From NCBI GenBank assembly GCA_963704655.1, contig OY969927.1, forward strand, positions 704,001 through 768,000: a stretch of DNA of 64,000 nt, given 5' to 3'. Source of the DNA: an uncultured Candidatus Babeliaceae bacterium. Lineage in GTDB: Bacteria; Babelota; Babeliae; Babelales; Babelaceae. Below are positions 39,183-48,940 of this stretch, piece after piece; position 1 is the first letter of the stretch; each line of letters opens with the position of its first letter. A program made the translations under genes and the position numbers. The notes beneath the pieces were generated by a model. It was not told the DNA's origin, did no database searches, and saw only the letters and a program-made list of their open reading frames with translations.

Positions 39183-39662
39183 TTATCGCTGTTGTCGACG
39201 CGCAGAATTATAAGCAAGTAATCCAGCAATGATAGATAGCCCCTCGCCTGTAGTAAGCACATTTGAACCACCAATAGAAACGCGTTCGGCTACCTTTAAA
39301 GCTGGGAATCCTACCGCAGCAGCAGCAAAACCCCAGGCAAAATATTTTCTAGTATCATCAGTCTCGCGAAGTTCTTGAAAAGCATCTCTTCCAAAAATAA
39401 CAACATTATCTGCAGAAGGGTAATTTAAAGCAAGATCTCCTAGTGCAAAGCACATGGCCCCAAAAGCCGATGCATCTGTAAAAGTAAAGGGATCATGCGA
39501 TATACCATGTACACATATCGAGGATGTCAATACGCCAAAAACAAGACCGCCTTCAAAAGCAGCTCTTCTATAACCATTTACATAATAACGGTCTCTATTA
39601 AAACCTACTTCTGTAGAAAATAGTGGCACAACAAATAAACTTAATAATATAAATTTTTTCAT
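39183..39662 (-). CDS. hypothetical membrane protein
   Basis: Signal peptide and Gly/Ala-rich hydrophobic segments. Confidence 0.55.
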   Translation of the reverse strand: MKKFILLSLFVVPLFSTEVGFNRDRYYVNGYRRAAFEGGLVFGVLTSSICVHGISHDPFTFTDASAFGAMCFALGDLALNYPSADNVVIFGRDAFQELRETDDTRKYFAWGFAAAAVGFPALKVAERVSIGGSNVLTTGEGLSIIAGLLAYNSARRQQR

Positions 39663-39666
39663 AATG

Positions 39667-40473
39667 TTACTTTTTTAATAAATTCCAAATTTCAAGAAAA
39701 TCTTGCATGGCAAGTTGCTGTGAACGGAGTTCATGGTATTTTTCTGGGATACGCGCAAGATCAAATGTATATGTGGCCAAGCTGTTGCGCAATGTTCTGC
39801 GTGGTTGACTAAAGCACGCTTTTATAAATTTCCAAAAGCCGACTTCATCTGGAATTTCTGCAACATCTTTTTTAGGTTTAAAATACAAAAGACGTGAATC
39901 TACTTTAGGCGGCGGCACAAAGGCGCCGGGTTTAATGCGCTCCATGAGCTCAAGGTCAAAATAGTACTGGAAAAATAGTGAGACATAGCCGTAACCACGT
40001 CCCGATTTTTTTACGAGTTTCTGTGCGACTTCTTCTTGAATCATGACTACACCCTCTTGCAGTAAGTTTCTATTTTTTTGCAAAATATGCAAAATAGGAA
40101 ACGTGATAGAATACGGCAAGTTAGCAAGTAACACCCACGGTGCATGCGGCGCAAGGCGCGAAAAATCGGTATCCAAAATATTTTCTTGAAATATCGTCAT
40201 GCGTGGACTTGGATACTGACCCTGAACAAACTTTGCCCATTCAGGATCAATTTCAAAAATCCATAACCGTTCAATTGGTTGTTGCAAAATAGATTTTGTT
40301 AAAAATCCATCACCACAACCGATTTCAAAAACACTGGTAGTTTTAGTAAGGGTAACCCGCTCGATCATGCGATCAATAACTTTTTGATCACGCAAAAAGT
40401 GCTGGCCAAACTGTTTTTTAATAGCAATACCGTGTGCGACTGGGCGTATCTTTTTGTCTTTTTTGTTATACAT
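39667..40473 (-). CDS. rsmA: 16S rRNA dimethyladenosine transferase
   Basis: KKQFGQHFL, EIGCGDG, ANLPYSIT, FVPPPKVDS. Confidence 0.95.
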   Translation of the reverse strand: MYNKKDKKIRPVAHGIAIKKQFGQHFLRDQKVIDRMIERVTLTKTTSVFEIGCGDGFLTKSILQQPIERLWIFEIDPEWAKFVQGQYPSPRMTIFQENILDTDFSRLAPHAPWVLLANLPYSITFPILHILQKNRNLLQEGVVMIQEEVAQKLVKKSGRGYGYVSLFFQYYFDLELMERIKPGAFVPPPKVDSRLLYFKPKKDVAEIPDEVGFWKFIKACFSQPRRTLRNSLATYTFDLARIPEKYHELRSQQLAMQDFLEIWNLLKK

Positions 40474-40493
40474 AATAATTTTTACATTCCATG

Positions 40494-40548
40494 TGTCACC
40501 CTGAGCATGTCTCAGGGTCTTTTACAATTACAAAGAGATCCTGAAACA
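40494..40548. repeat. TGTCA-tagged repeat (family C) plus inverted remnant
   Basis: TGTCACCCTGAGCATGTCTCAGGGTCT ... GAGATCCTGAAACA (the latter matches 4950-4963). Confidence 0.65.
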
Positions 40549-40554
40549 TTTGCA

Positions 40555-41592
40555 TTATCTAATTAATGCTTCGCTGAAGAAATCTATATTTTCAAGTACT
40601 TTACCACCACCGTTAACCACACATAATAATGGATTTTCTGCAATACGCACCGGAAGGCCCGTCTCACGTGAGATAAGTTTATCTAATCCACGCAATAACG
40701 CACCACCACCAGAAAGTACTATACCATTATCAACTAAATCTGATGATAATTCGGGTGGTGTATTTTCTAATGCAACACGAACCGTGTCAATAATAGAAGA
40801 TATTGTTTCAAGTAACGCTTCATTAACTTCAGTGCTGGTAAACCAAATCGTTTTTGGAACGCCAGTAACAAGATCACGGCCTTTAACTTCCATACGTTCA
40901 ATATTACCTTCTAAAAGAACGGTACCGATTTGGATCTTAATCAATTCTGCTGTGCGTTCACCAATAAGTAAATTGTATTTACGTTTGATATATTGGACAA
41001 TCGCGCGGTCCATTTCATCGCCACCAACACGAACAGAACGACAAAAGACTACATTTTTTAAACTGATTACGGCAACTTCAGTAGTACCGCCACCGATATC
41101 TACAATAAAACTACCAACAGGCTCATGTACCGGAAGCCCCGCACCAATAGCAGCAGCCATAGGCTCCATAATGCAATATGCCTCACGAGCACCAGCATTT
41201 TTTGCACATTCTTTAATAGCACGCTGTTCAACTTGTGTAATTCCTGAAGGAACACCTATCACCATACGTGGACTTACGAGCGTACGACGGTTATCTTGAA
41301 CCTCTTTAATAAAGTACCGTAACATACTTTCAGTTAGATCGAAATTTGCGATCACCCCATCACGCATCGGGCGACAGGCAATAATAGTTTCTGGGGTTTT
41401 ACCAAGCATATCTTTTGCTCGACGGCCAGCTGCAAGAACCTGGTTTGTGTTTGCCTTAACAGCAACAACTGAAGGTTCGTTCAAAACAATGCCGCGATCG
41501 GGAACATAAACTACCGTGTTAGCTGTTCCAAGATCAATTGCTAGGTCGTTAGAAAAAAAACGAAATAATCTTGCGGGGAAAAAATTTACCAT
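40555..41592 (-). CDS. mreB: rod shape-determining protein MreB
   Basis: DLGTANT, EPSVVA, DIGGGTT, GGGALL. Confidence 0.97.
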   Translation of the reverse strand: MVNFFPARLFRFFSNDLAIDLGTANTVVYVPDRGIVLNEPSVVAVKANTNQVLAAGRRAKDMLGKTPETIIACRPMRDGVIANFDLTESMLRYFIKEVQDNRRTLVSPRMVIGVPSGITQVEQRAIKECAKNAGAREAYCIMEPMAAAIGAGLPVHEPVGSFIVDIGGGTTEVAVISLKNVVFCRSVRVGGDEMDRAIVQYIKRKYNLLIGERTAELIKIQIGTVLLEGNIERMEVKGRDLVTGVPKTIWFTSTEVNEALLETISSIIDTVRVALENTPPELSSDLVDNGIVLSGGGALLRGLDKLISRETGLPVRIAENPLLCVVNGGGKVLENIDFFSEALIR

Positions 41593-42875
41593 AATGTTGA
41601 CTCTACTGTTAATGAGATTCCAAAGGTTTTAGCGACTCTTTTTGTTATTAAAAATTGTACCGGGATATCGACTGCAAAGGTAATAATAGGCTTAAAGTTA
41701 CGCTCTTTGCTATCTTTTGCAAAATCATATAATGCTGCCACATTTACATACTCACTTGCCCATTGCGAACGTTTATTCATAAGTTCTATATTTGCGGGAG
41801 GCATGCCACAATTACGTAAATCACACCAATGATCCTCTTCATGGTAGACCAAAGTATACTGCGCTTGTAAACCAAAACCACTGCGAAGGCGCAATAATTG
41901 TCCATAAGGTGAGAATATCACCGTCACACCAGGATCAACTTTTGATGCACCAAAAAGAACGCCGTAATTATTTGGCTCGTTAAACTGGACCATGCGTCTG
42001 TTTGCGGTGCGTGCAAAGCGTTTGTTTATACGCAATAGCAGGCCAACACCCAAATTTTCTTTAAGTTCAAACTGCCCATCAAGCGATGCGAATATCCCCC
42101 AATGGCCATTGCCACCAAGTGGAATCGACGCAGGATTAAAATAATCAACAGATTGTGCAGTGGGGATAAGCACACCAAAATTAAAACCAAAGTCTAAATG
42201 GCGCAACTTATATTTATAATCATCCACTATACCCAAACGCAAATAGGCCTCAATATCACTAATGCCCACCGTAGTATATTCACGTGCACGTAAGCCCAAT
42301 ATATCTTGGATAAGATTATTTTCATCATACAAGTCAGTAAAATCTCCCGGCGTATAACTATTGAAATCAACTTTATTAGGTTGCAAATTAAGCCCAGTGG
42401 TAAGACGTGCCATGAAAAAATTGAAGCCCCAACTAAAATAACGTGTAATGGGTTGGTAAAAAGTAAAACCAAGACCTTGCCCACGAATAATACCTTCCAT
42501 GGACCATTTTAATGCCGAGCTTGCACCAATAAGATCTGATCTAAAGGTACTTTGGCTTGTGAGCCCTACATATTTTAATGCGTTATCTAAAGTAATCTGA
42601 TTATACACGCCGTTTATATTAAAAAGCGGAATATCACCTTCTGTAGCAAAGCCGCCCGGTTCTTGTTCACCAAACTCTTCAAAAAAAGATTGCTCGCCTA
42701 CCCATACAAATGGTTGAATCATAAGCTGACCATAGGCATCAGGCTTTTTTACCAATAATTTTTGTAGCTCAGGAAGATACTGATTGTCATATACCATCGC
42801 TTGCAACAAGAGGTGCGAAAAGCATACGATGACGGCTAGAACATAGCGAAAAAGTATAAAATATTTTTTTTCCAT
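41586..42875 (-). CDS. putative outer-membrane beta-barrel protein
   Basis: Start MEKKYF (the longer ORF runs through the tRNA and repeats); signal peptide, amphipathic strands, terminal Trp. Confidence 0.65.
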   Translation of the reverse strand: MEKKYFILFRYVLAVIVCFSHLLLQAMVYDNQYLPELQKLLVKKPDAYGQLMIQPFVWVGEQSFFEEFGEQEPGGFATEGDIPLFNINGVYNQITLDNALKYVGLTSQSTFRSDLIGASSALKWSMEGIIRGQGLGFTFYQPITRYFSWGFNFFMARLTTGLNLQPNKVDFNSYTPGDFTDLYDENNLIQDILGLRAREYTTVGISDIEAYLRLGIVDDYKYKLRHLDFGFNFGVLIPTAQSVDYFNPASIPLGGNGHWGIFASLDGQFELKENLGVGLLLRINKRFARTANRRMVQFNEPNNYGVLFGASKVDPGVTVIFSPYGQLLRLRSGFGLQAQYTLVYHEEDHWCDLRNCGMPPANIELMNKRSQWASEYVNVAALYDFAKDSKERNFKPIITFAVDIPVQFLITKRVAKTFGISLTVESTLW

Positions 42876-42923
42876 TACCCTGTTTTTTCCTAGTAAAGTC
42901 TTGTTATGCCGCAAAATTTTCTT

Positions 42924-42986
42924 CGCTAATCCCTCGATCCAGCTTCCGACTACGCCGAGGCTTCGACGGACAGGCAGGATGCACTG
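42924..42986 (-). repeat. family A unit carrying a 30-nt family B insert (42945-42974)
   Basis: Minus strand CAGTGCATCCTG[CCTGTCCGTCGAAGCCTCGGCGTAGTCGGA]AGCTGGATCGAGGGATTAGCG. Confidence 0.85.
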
Positions 42987-42992
42987 AACTGG

Positions 42993-43043
42993 CCTGCCAT
43001 CTGTAGCTTGCCAAGCCGGAAGGCCTGGATAAGCGAAAGATGG
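42993..43043 (+). repeat. family B repeat abutting the tRNA 3' end
   Basis: CCTG-CCATCT-GTAG-CTT-[hairpin]-AAG-CGAA-AGATGG. Confidence 0.7.
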
Positions 43044-43132
43044 AGGAGAGAGGGGGATTCGAACCCCCGATTCCTTGTAACAGGAATAACCGCTTTCGAG
43101 ACGGCCGCTTTCAACCACTCAGCCATCTCTCC
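43041..43132 (-). tRNA. tRNA-Ser(CGA)
   Basis: GGAGAGATGGCTGAGTGG...GCCGT-CTCGAAA-GCGGT, long variable arm, GTTCGAATC, TCTCTCC-T-CCA. Confidence 0.95.
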
Positions 43133-43251
43133 ATTGCATCAAAACGCTGCATAACGTAATACACTCTAGAATACCCGATGTATTATTTTTTTAAAGTGAC
43201 GCCTGATTTTTTTCATGGTAATATCTAACAACCATAAAAAGGGGAAATCGC

Positions 43252-44769
43252 ATGAAACCCATATCTGTTCAGATGTATATCATAGTTTTTATAGGATTTT
43301 TTGGTATGAAAGAAAGTTTCTCAGCTCAACAAATAAATTTACCCAATACAAGCATACAGGCAGTTGTTCTTGCTGCAGGCAAATCAACCCGTTTTGCCAT
43401 GGGAAGTTCAAAGTTGGCATTCCCATTAAGTGGGCAACCAATGGTACTTTATCCTTTATCAATTCTTGAATCACTTTCAATCCCAACAATTGTCGTAACA
43501 GGCTATCAGCAAGAACTCATTAAACAGATTATTACCGAAAAAACAAAGTTAACTCCTCTTTTTGTTGAACAGACAATTCAAAAAGGTACTGGCCATGCAG
43601 TTGCATGCACTAAAGCGTCATGGCAAGCAGATCATATTCTCATTATCAACGGCGATATGCCCCTTATTACCACTGAACTTATTGCACAGTTGATACATGA
43701 ACACGTTGTTACTCATGCAACTATTTCGTTTGTTATCGCACCATGTAATGAACAGCCAAATGGTTATGGAAAAGTAATTCGTGCAGACAATAGCGTACAA
43801 ATTATCGAAGCACGGGATTTTAAAGGAACTGCACAAGAAGGCCGTTTTATTAATGCAGGCATTTATATAATAAACACAAATTTTTTAAGTGCTGAAATCG
43901 AAAAACTTGCACTTCATGAAAATTCACAAGAATGGTACGTCACCGATATTATAGCAGCAGCAAGTGATACAGGCCATCGTGTACATACCCTTGAAACAGA
44001 TTTTGACACTATTCGCGGCATTAACACCATCAGCGAATTAGCAACGGCAGAAAAAATTATTCGTGAACGTATCATTCATGAATGGATGAAAAAAGGCGTC
44101 TATTTTGAACAACCAGAGACAACCATTATTGAGCAATCGGTAACCATTGGGGTTGGCACGCGCATCGGCGCAGGCGTACATTTATTACAAAATACACGCA
44201 TAGGCGCTCGCTGCACCATTGGCAACTATAGCTCGATATCTAAGAGTATTTTGGCCGATCAAGTGACTGTTTTACCTCACTGTGTTATTACCGATTCAGA
44301 AATTTATGATCATGCAAGCGTTGGCCCATTTGCCCACTTACGTAATGTACACTCGCTTCACCAAAACGCCTGCATTGGCAACTTTGTTGAAGTAAGTAAT
44401 AGCACTATCGGCGCAGGCTCCAAGGCAAAACATCTTTCATATATCGGCAATGCAAACATTGCAGAGCAGGTCAACATCGGCGCTGGAACAATAACCTGCA
44501 ATTATGACGGCTTTCAAAAGCATGTCACTACCATAGAAAAAAATGTAAAAATCGGTAGCAACAATTCACTTGTTGCGCCCGTTACTATCGGTCATGATGC
44601 TATAACCGGCGCAGGCTCTGTGATAACCAGCGATGTACCACCCTTTGCACTTGGCATTGCACGTGCACACCAAGTTAATAAAGAGCATTATGCACAACGC
44701 CTTAACGAATCACGATCATTTCTTGGTGCAATAAAAGCAGATACACCACAGTCGCACAATGAAAAATAA
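43252..44769 (+). CDS. glmU: bifunctional UDP-GlcNAc pyrophosphorylase/acetyltransferase
   Basis: LAAGKSTR, GTGHAV, GPFAHLR, GNFVE, HLSYIG, TCNYDG; N-terminal extension. Confidence 0.95.
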   Translation: MKPISVQMYIIVFIGFFGMKESFSAQQINLPNTSIQAVVLAAGKSTRFAMGSSKLAFPLSGQPMVLYPLSILESLSIPTIVVTGYQQELIKQIITEKTKLTPLFVEQTIQKGTGHAVACTKASWQADHILIINGDMPLITTELIAQLIHEHVVTHATISFVIAPCNEQPNGYGKVIRADNSVQIIEARDFKGTAQEGRFINAGIYIINTNFLSAEIEKLALHENSQEWYVTDIIAAASDTGHRVHTLETDFDTIRGINTISELATAEKIIRERIIHEWMKKGVYFEQPETTIIEQSVTIGVGTRIGAGVHLLQNTRIGARCTIGNYSSISKSILADQVTVLPHCVITDSEIYDHASVGPFAHLRNVHSLHQNACIGNFVEVSNSTIGAGSKAKHLSYIGNANIAEQVNIGAGTITCNYDGFQKHVTTIEKNVKIGSNNSLVAPVTIGHDAITGAGSVITSDVPPFALGIARAHQVNKEHYAQRLNESRSFLGAIKADTPQSHNEK

Positions 44770-44795
44770 AATTGTCTTTATACACACAACTTACG

Positions 44796-44831
44796 GCCGC
44801 TCATCCTGAGCTCGTCGAAGGGTTAAGCGGC
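44796..44831 (+). repeat. family A repeat, single
   Basis: GCCGCTCATCCTGAGCTCGTCGAAGGGTTAAGCGGC. Confidence 0.9.
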
Positions 44832-44834
44832 ATT

Positions 44835-46070
44835 ATGATAAAATTCATTCACACAGCAGATATCCATTTCGGGATGGAAAATTATGGCAAGATCGACCCA
44901 AAAACGGGTATCCATTCACGCCTAATCGATTTTCAAAAAGCATTGCATGAATGCATCGACCGAGCGATAGCTGAAGATGTAGATTTTTTTATGTTTTCTG
45001 GTGATGCCTACAAAACACCAAACCCGTCACCAACGCATCAGAGGCTTTTGAGCGAATGCTTTTTTAGATTATTTAAGCATAATATTCCTATCGTTATGGT
45101 AATAGGCAATCACGACCATCCACTGACATTTGGTAAATCACACGCACTTGAAATATTTGGGCAACTGCCACTTGAAGGGTTTCATGTTATCAGCAAGCCA
45201 GAAAATATTTTACTGCAAACAAAAAATGGGCCCGTTCAGATTACGGGCATTCCGTGGCCGACGCGCGCACAAGTGAGTTTATCACATGAGCACCAAAGCA
45301 GAACAGCAGCACAACTTACTGAACTTATCAGCAATGGCATTGCAGATATTATAAGAAACTGCGCAGAGAAACTTAATCCAGAAATTCCAGCAATTTTAGC
45401 CGGACATTTAACCGTCAGCTCAGGGATATTTTCAGGGTCTGAAAAGCGTGCCGTATATGGCAATGACCCTGTTTTATTACCGTCACAACTTGCGATAGAA
45501 CCCTATGAATATGTTGCATTGGGCCATTTACACCGGTACCAAAATTTAAACCCAAATGCGCATCCGGCAATTGTTTATTCTGGCTCTATAGAGCGCATAG
45601 ATTTTGGTGAACGCAAAGAAGAAAAAGGGTTTTGCTTAGTAACTATTCATGAAAAAAATAATACAACACATGAATTTATCAAAGTCACTACGCGCCCATT
45701 TATACAAATCGAAATCACCCTTAACGATGACTCAAGTCACACAGAACAGATATTGGCTGAGCTGCGTAAACACCCTATTGCCAATACTGTGCTTAAGATC
45801 GTCTACACACTTCCAGCACATATTAAAGACCGTGTTGATGCACATGTCATTCATAATGCCTGTGAATCTGCACATTATATTGTAGGCATATTCCCGATTC
45901 GCCCTATAATAATTAAAGAATCACGCGCTGCACTTAAAGTTGATATGAATCTGCAAGAGCTTATGCAAAGTTACTGTTCAACAAAGCCTGAATATGCGCC
46001 GCTACAAGACGATATGATCAAAAAAGCACTTGAACTTGCCCATGAGCTTGAACAAGAAGAACATAATTAA
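44835..46070 (+). CDS. sbcD: SbcD/Mre11 nuclease
   Basis: HTADIHFG, GD, GNHD, ALGHLH, YSGSIERIDFGE. Confidence 0.9.
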   Translation: MIKFIHTADIHFGMENYGKIDPKTGIHSRLIDFQKALHECIDRAIAEDVDFFMFSGDAYKTPNPSPTHQRLLSECFFRLFKHNIPIVMVIGNHDHPLTFGKSHALEIFGQLPLEGFHVISKPENILLQTKNGPVQITGIPWPTRAQVSLSHEHQSRTAAQLTELISNGIADIIRNCAEKLNPEIPAILAGHLTVSSGIFSGSEKRAVYGNDPVLLPSQLAIEPYEYVALGHLHRYQNLNPNAHPAIVYSGSIERIDFGERKEEKGFCLVTIHEKNNTTHEFIKVTTRPFIQIEITLNDDSSHTEQILAELRKHPIANTVLKIVYTLPAHIKDRVDAHVIHNACESAHYIVGIFPIRPIIIKESRAALKVDMNLQELMQSYCSTKPEYAPLQDDMIKKALELAHELEQEEHN

Positions 46071-46094
46071 ATATGTTCATTAAGCCGATTATCT

Positions 46095-46616
46095 TTAAAC
46101 CAAATCAGGAGCGTTTTGTTGACGACCCTCTAGATATTCTTCAAGAGAACCACCCAAAATCTGGAACCCCAAAAGTGCGCCACCCTTCAATAACATCATC
46201 GAAGCCTTGGCCGCATCTTCTGGCGAGGATATTCCGATAATCCCATTTGCCATGTGAGAAGTTAAGATTCCCCATTCAAGCCCTGCTAAAAAATAGATAT
46301 TAAAGAGTTTATCGTTTTTATACTGTAGTCTTGCAGGTGTTCCGAAGCGCTCACGCCAGTACTTATCTTTTATTGAGAAAGCCAAACACACTGCAAGAGG
46401 CGTAATAACTACCGAAGATGCTGGTGATTCGCCCCTTTCAACTCTTGTACAACCAAATGCAGCGCTTCCACATGCAATACCCCATGATAATCCGTACCCT
46501 TTAATCGACTCCATTTTTGAATTGACTCTATCTATTTCTGCGATTTCTGCACAAAAAGCTTGCATTGTGACATGAGCGATAATAATGAGCACTAAAGATT
46601 TTAAACATATTTTCAT
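46095..46616 (-). CDS. hypothetical membrane protein
   Basis: 173-aa ORF, signal peptide and TM segments. Confidence 0.55.
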   Translation of the reverse strand: MKICLKSLVLIIIAHVTMQAFCAEIAEIDRVNSKMESIKGYGLSWGIACGSAAFGCTRVERGESPASSVVITPLAVCLAFSIKDKYWRERFGTPARLQYKNDKLFNIYFLAGLEWGILTSHMANGIIGISSPEDAAKASMMLLKGGALLGFQILGGSLEEYLEGRQQNAPDLV

Positions 46617-46713
46617 GCGATAAACCTATAATTTAATATAAAAAAACTTACATTAAATTATATCTTTAATGTACGCCATGGCAAGGTAACAACAAAAACA
46701 TTCTAGATCTAAT

Positions 46714-47481
46714 TTACTCGCAAGCATTAACAGGCAACTGTAATTTTTTATCTTTCAGTGATAAACAAATAGATCGTTTTTTATTAAAATCATCATCATT
46801 TCCGATAAGAAGACTTGGAAGCAATACCATCAAGGTGGGAGCTTTTATCACAAAAGCTGAAAGAAGATCATCGCTATTTACTCGACCGGAAGAAGCAGCC
46901 GTTTTAAGTGCAAAATGTGTTAGAGCCGATAACCCAACACCTACGCAAAATGACGAAGTTAAGAAACTATTTCTTTTAGGCAAATCGTCAAGAACAATAT
47001 TTTGCGCACTAAGTTTTTCTCTTAATGAACGCTCTAGTTGTTGTAATTGTATATACTTATTTTTTTGATCAACCATGCACTTTCGTAACTGCAATGTAAT
47101 AAAAATTGCAGAAGCCAGATCTCTAACCGTATCGGCATCCAAAAGATCAGCCCTGTCTTTTACTGCTACATATTTAAATAAAATCGGCACCCACACCCCA
47201 AAAGTAGCGCCATGAAGAACCATCTTATTCACACCAATTTCACGCCGCTCTAAAGCAATTGTGTGGCATGCACGAATATCACGTTCTTGTTCTTCATTAA
47301 GATCCTGCATCGCGTTTTGTTTTCTTTCAAAAAGAACTTTATTTTCAAAAGCACTATTCACCAGCCTATTATATTCAAGAATCTTACATTCTCTTACAGC
47401 CACTTGGTTATCTTTATTAAGAGCAGATAGAGCTACGGTAAGGCAAAGAGCTAATGATAGTATAAATACTTTACTTTTCAT
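46714..47481 (-). CDS. hypothetical membrane protein
   Basis: 255-aa ORF, signal peptide, coiled and TM segments. Confidence 0.55.
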   Translation of the reverse strand: MKSKVFILSLALCLTVALSALNKDNQVAVRECKILEYNRLVNSAFENKVLFERKQNAMQDLNEEQERDIRACHTIALERREIGVNKMVLHGATFGVWVPILFKYVAVKDRADLLDADTVRDLASAIFITLQLRKCMVDQKNKYIQLQQLERSLREKLSAQNIVLDDLPKRNSFLTSSFCVGVGLSALTHFALKTAASSGRVNSDDLLSAFVIKAPTLMVLLPSLLIGNDDDFNKKRSICLSLKDKKLQLPVNACE

Positions 47482-47499
47482 AAGGGTCCCTAATATGTG

Positions 47500-47799
47500 T
47501 TATTTTTGTTTTTTTCGTTGTAAAGATAATCTTCTATTATCAAGATTTTTTTGATAGAGCGCTAAAACCACCCCTGAAATAGCACTCAAACTAAATGATA
47601 TGATTGCAACATCATCAAAACCGATATTATACGTTCGCAGCGCTCCAACAGCAAGCGTTGCAGCTGAAAATGCTAAGCCTACTCTGGCTCTTTTTACTTG
47701 ACGGTCTATATCATGATAGCTTGAATCAAACCCATAGATTGAAACTGAAAAGAGTACTAATAGGTACAGCAGCAATCTATTTTTCACTATAAAACCCAA
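47500..47799 (-). CDS. hypothetical membrane protein
   Basis: 99-aa ORF, hydrophobic; start uncertain. Confidence 0.45.
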   Translation of the reverse strand: MGFIVKNRLLLYLLVLFSVSIYGFDSSYHDIDRQVKRARVGLAFSAATLAVGALRTYNIGFDDVAIISFSLSAISGVVLALYQKNLDNRRLSLQRKKQK

Positions 47800-47860
47800 A
47801 TAATAAAACTTTTTTTACACCATAATAGTATAATTAAGTTTAAGGATTCTTCAAAACAGT

Positions 47861-48739
47861 TCAAATCATTTCATTTGATTCAAGCACTTTTGCATCTTCT
47901 GGATGTGTAAAACGAATAGTAGCCTGCGATAATAAGAGTGAGTAATAGGCTTCAAAGACCTCTTTAAGGCGTTCTTGGCGCATTTTTGTTACTATCTCCA
48001 TATAACAGTCATCAAACGGCATAACTTGCGCAGGTGTTTTTTTGATCAAACGAGTGATCTCAAAACCACCATCAATGGCTTCAGTAAAGACGATATCACG
48101 CTCTTTATGAGTTGTAAGCGCTTTGCGGTCATCTGCAATTTCAGACTCTTTAAGCTCAAATGGCTCATCAAACTGTACATCTTTATCAAGATTAATAGTT
48201 TTAAGATACTCAGAAAGTTTTTTATTACCTAACTGTTCCTGAGAAATAAAAGCGGTAGCAATAGTATACGTAGCTTCAACTTGAGGTGGATTTTCTTTAT
48301 AACGCTCTTCTGCCTGTGCTCGAGAAACGATCATACGCTTGTCTGATTTCACACGAAATTCAACTACTTGCTCAATCATTTGGCGGGCACGTAGATATTC
48401 AAGAGCCTCTGCATAGGTGTAACCGGCTTCTCTAAAAAGATCTTCTACCGCTTTACGTGAGAGCCTGTTCTGTTTTTGAATATTTTCAATATACTTTTCA
48501 GCTTCTTGCTGCGTGACAATAATTTTATGATATAACGCATCAAGCTGCATCAGTTTATTTAAAATCACTTCACGCAATGTTTGCATGTGCCCATCAAGAG
48601 CTGGACGAATATCAGAGGCTAAAATAGCAACGGTTCCCATTTCATGATAAATAATTACCACAATTTCGTTAACCAGTTGCATACGCGCTGGCAGCGAGAA
48701 TGCTATAAAACATGCAAAAAACTTGAGAAATTTATTCAT
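47861..48739 (-). CDS. SurA-like periplasmic chaperone
   Basis: Signal peptide; VNEIVVII...ILASDI, IENIQKQNRLS helical SurA N-domain pattern. Confidence 0.6.
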   Translation of the reverse strand: MNKFLKFFACFIAFSLPARMQLVNEIVVIIYHEMGTVAILASDIRPALDGHMQTLREVILNKLMQLDALYHKIIVTQQEAEKYIENIQKQNRLSRKAVEDLFREAGYTYAEALEYLRARQMIEQVVEFRVKSDKRMIVSRAQAEERYKENPPQVEATYTIATAFISQEQLGNKKLSEYLKTINLDKDVQFDEPFELKESEIADDRKALTTHKERDIVFTEAIDGGFEITRLIKKTPAQVMPFDDCYMEIVTKMRQERLKEVFEAYYSLLLSQATIRFTHPEDAKVLESNEMI

Positions 48740-48761
48740 ACAACTACAGCCCTGAGTATAT

Positions 48762-48798
48762 AAAAAAAAGCGGGAACATATTAATAATATGTTCCCGC
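48762..48798 (-). terminator. rho-independent terminator
   Basis: 13-bp stem GCGGGAACATATT/AATATGTTCCCGC with T8 on the minus strand. Confidence 0.8.
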
Positions 48799-48835
48799 AT
48801 AGTATACGTTACTTAGCGCTTGTTTTCAAGTACGG

Positions 48836-48921
48836 CCGCTCCCTCGATACATTCTACTTCGTAGAACACTCGGGATGCACGGATTATGGCCGCTCATCCT
48901 GAGCATGTCGAAGGGTTAGCG
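48836..48921. repeat. family A doublet (long-hairpin variant plus short variant)
   Basis: CCGCTCCCTCGATACA-TTCTACTTCGTAGAA-CACTCGGGATGCACGG ... CCGCTCATCCTGAGCATGTCGAAGGGTTAGCG. Confidence 0.85.
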
Positions 48922-48940
48922 AGAACTAATTACCCTTGAA

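Noticed and set aside
40550-41299. 249-aa plus-strand ORF
   Set aside because: Antisense shadow of mreB; the many other short antisense ORFs in the track were dismissed likewise.
42876-43118. 81-aa N-terminal extension of ORF 41586..43118
   Set aside because: It runs through tRNA-Ser and two repeats; the signal-peptide start at 42875 is more plausible.
44835-46070. sbcD without adjacent sbcC as a novel nuclease system
   Set aside because: Operons are generally fragmented in this window (atp, mur); sbcC may simply lie elsewhere.
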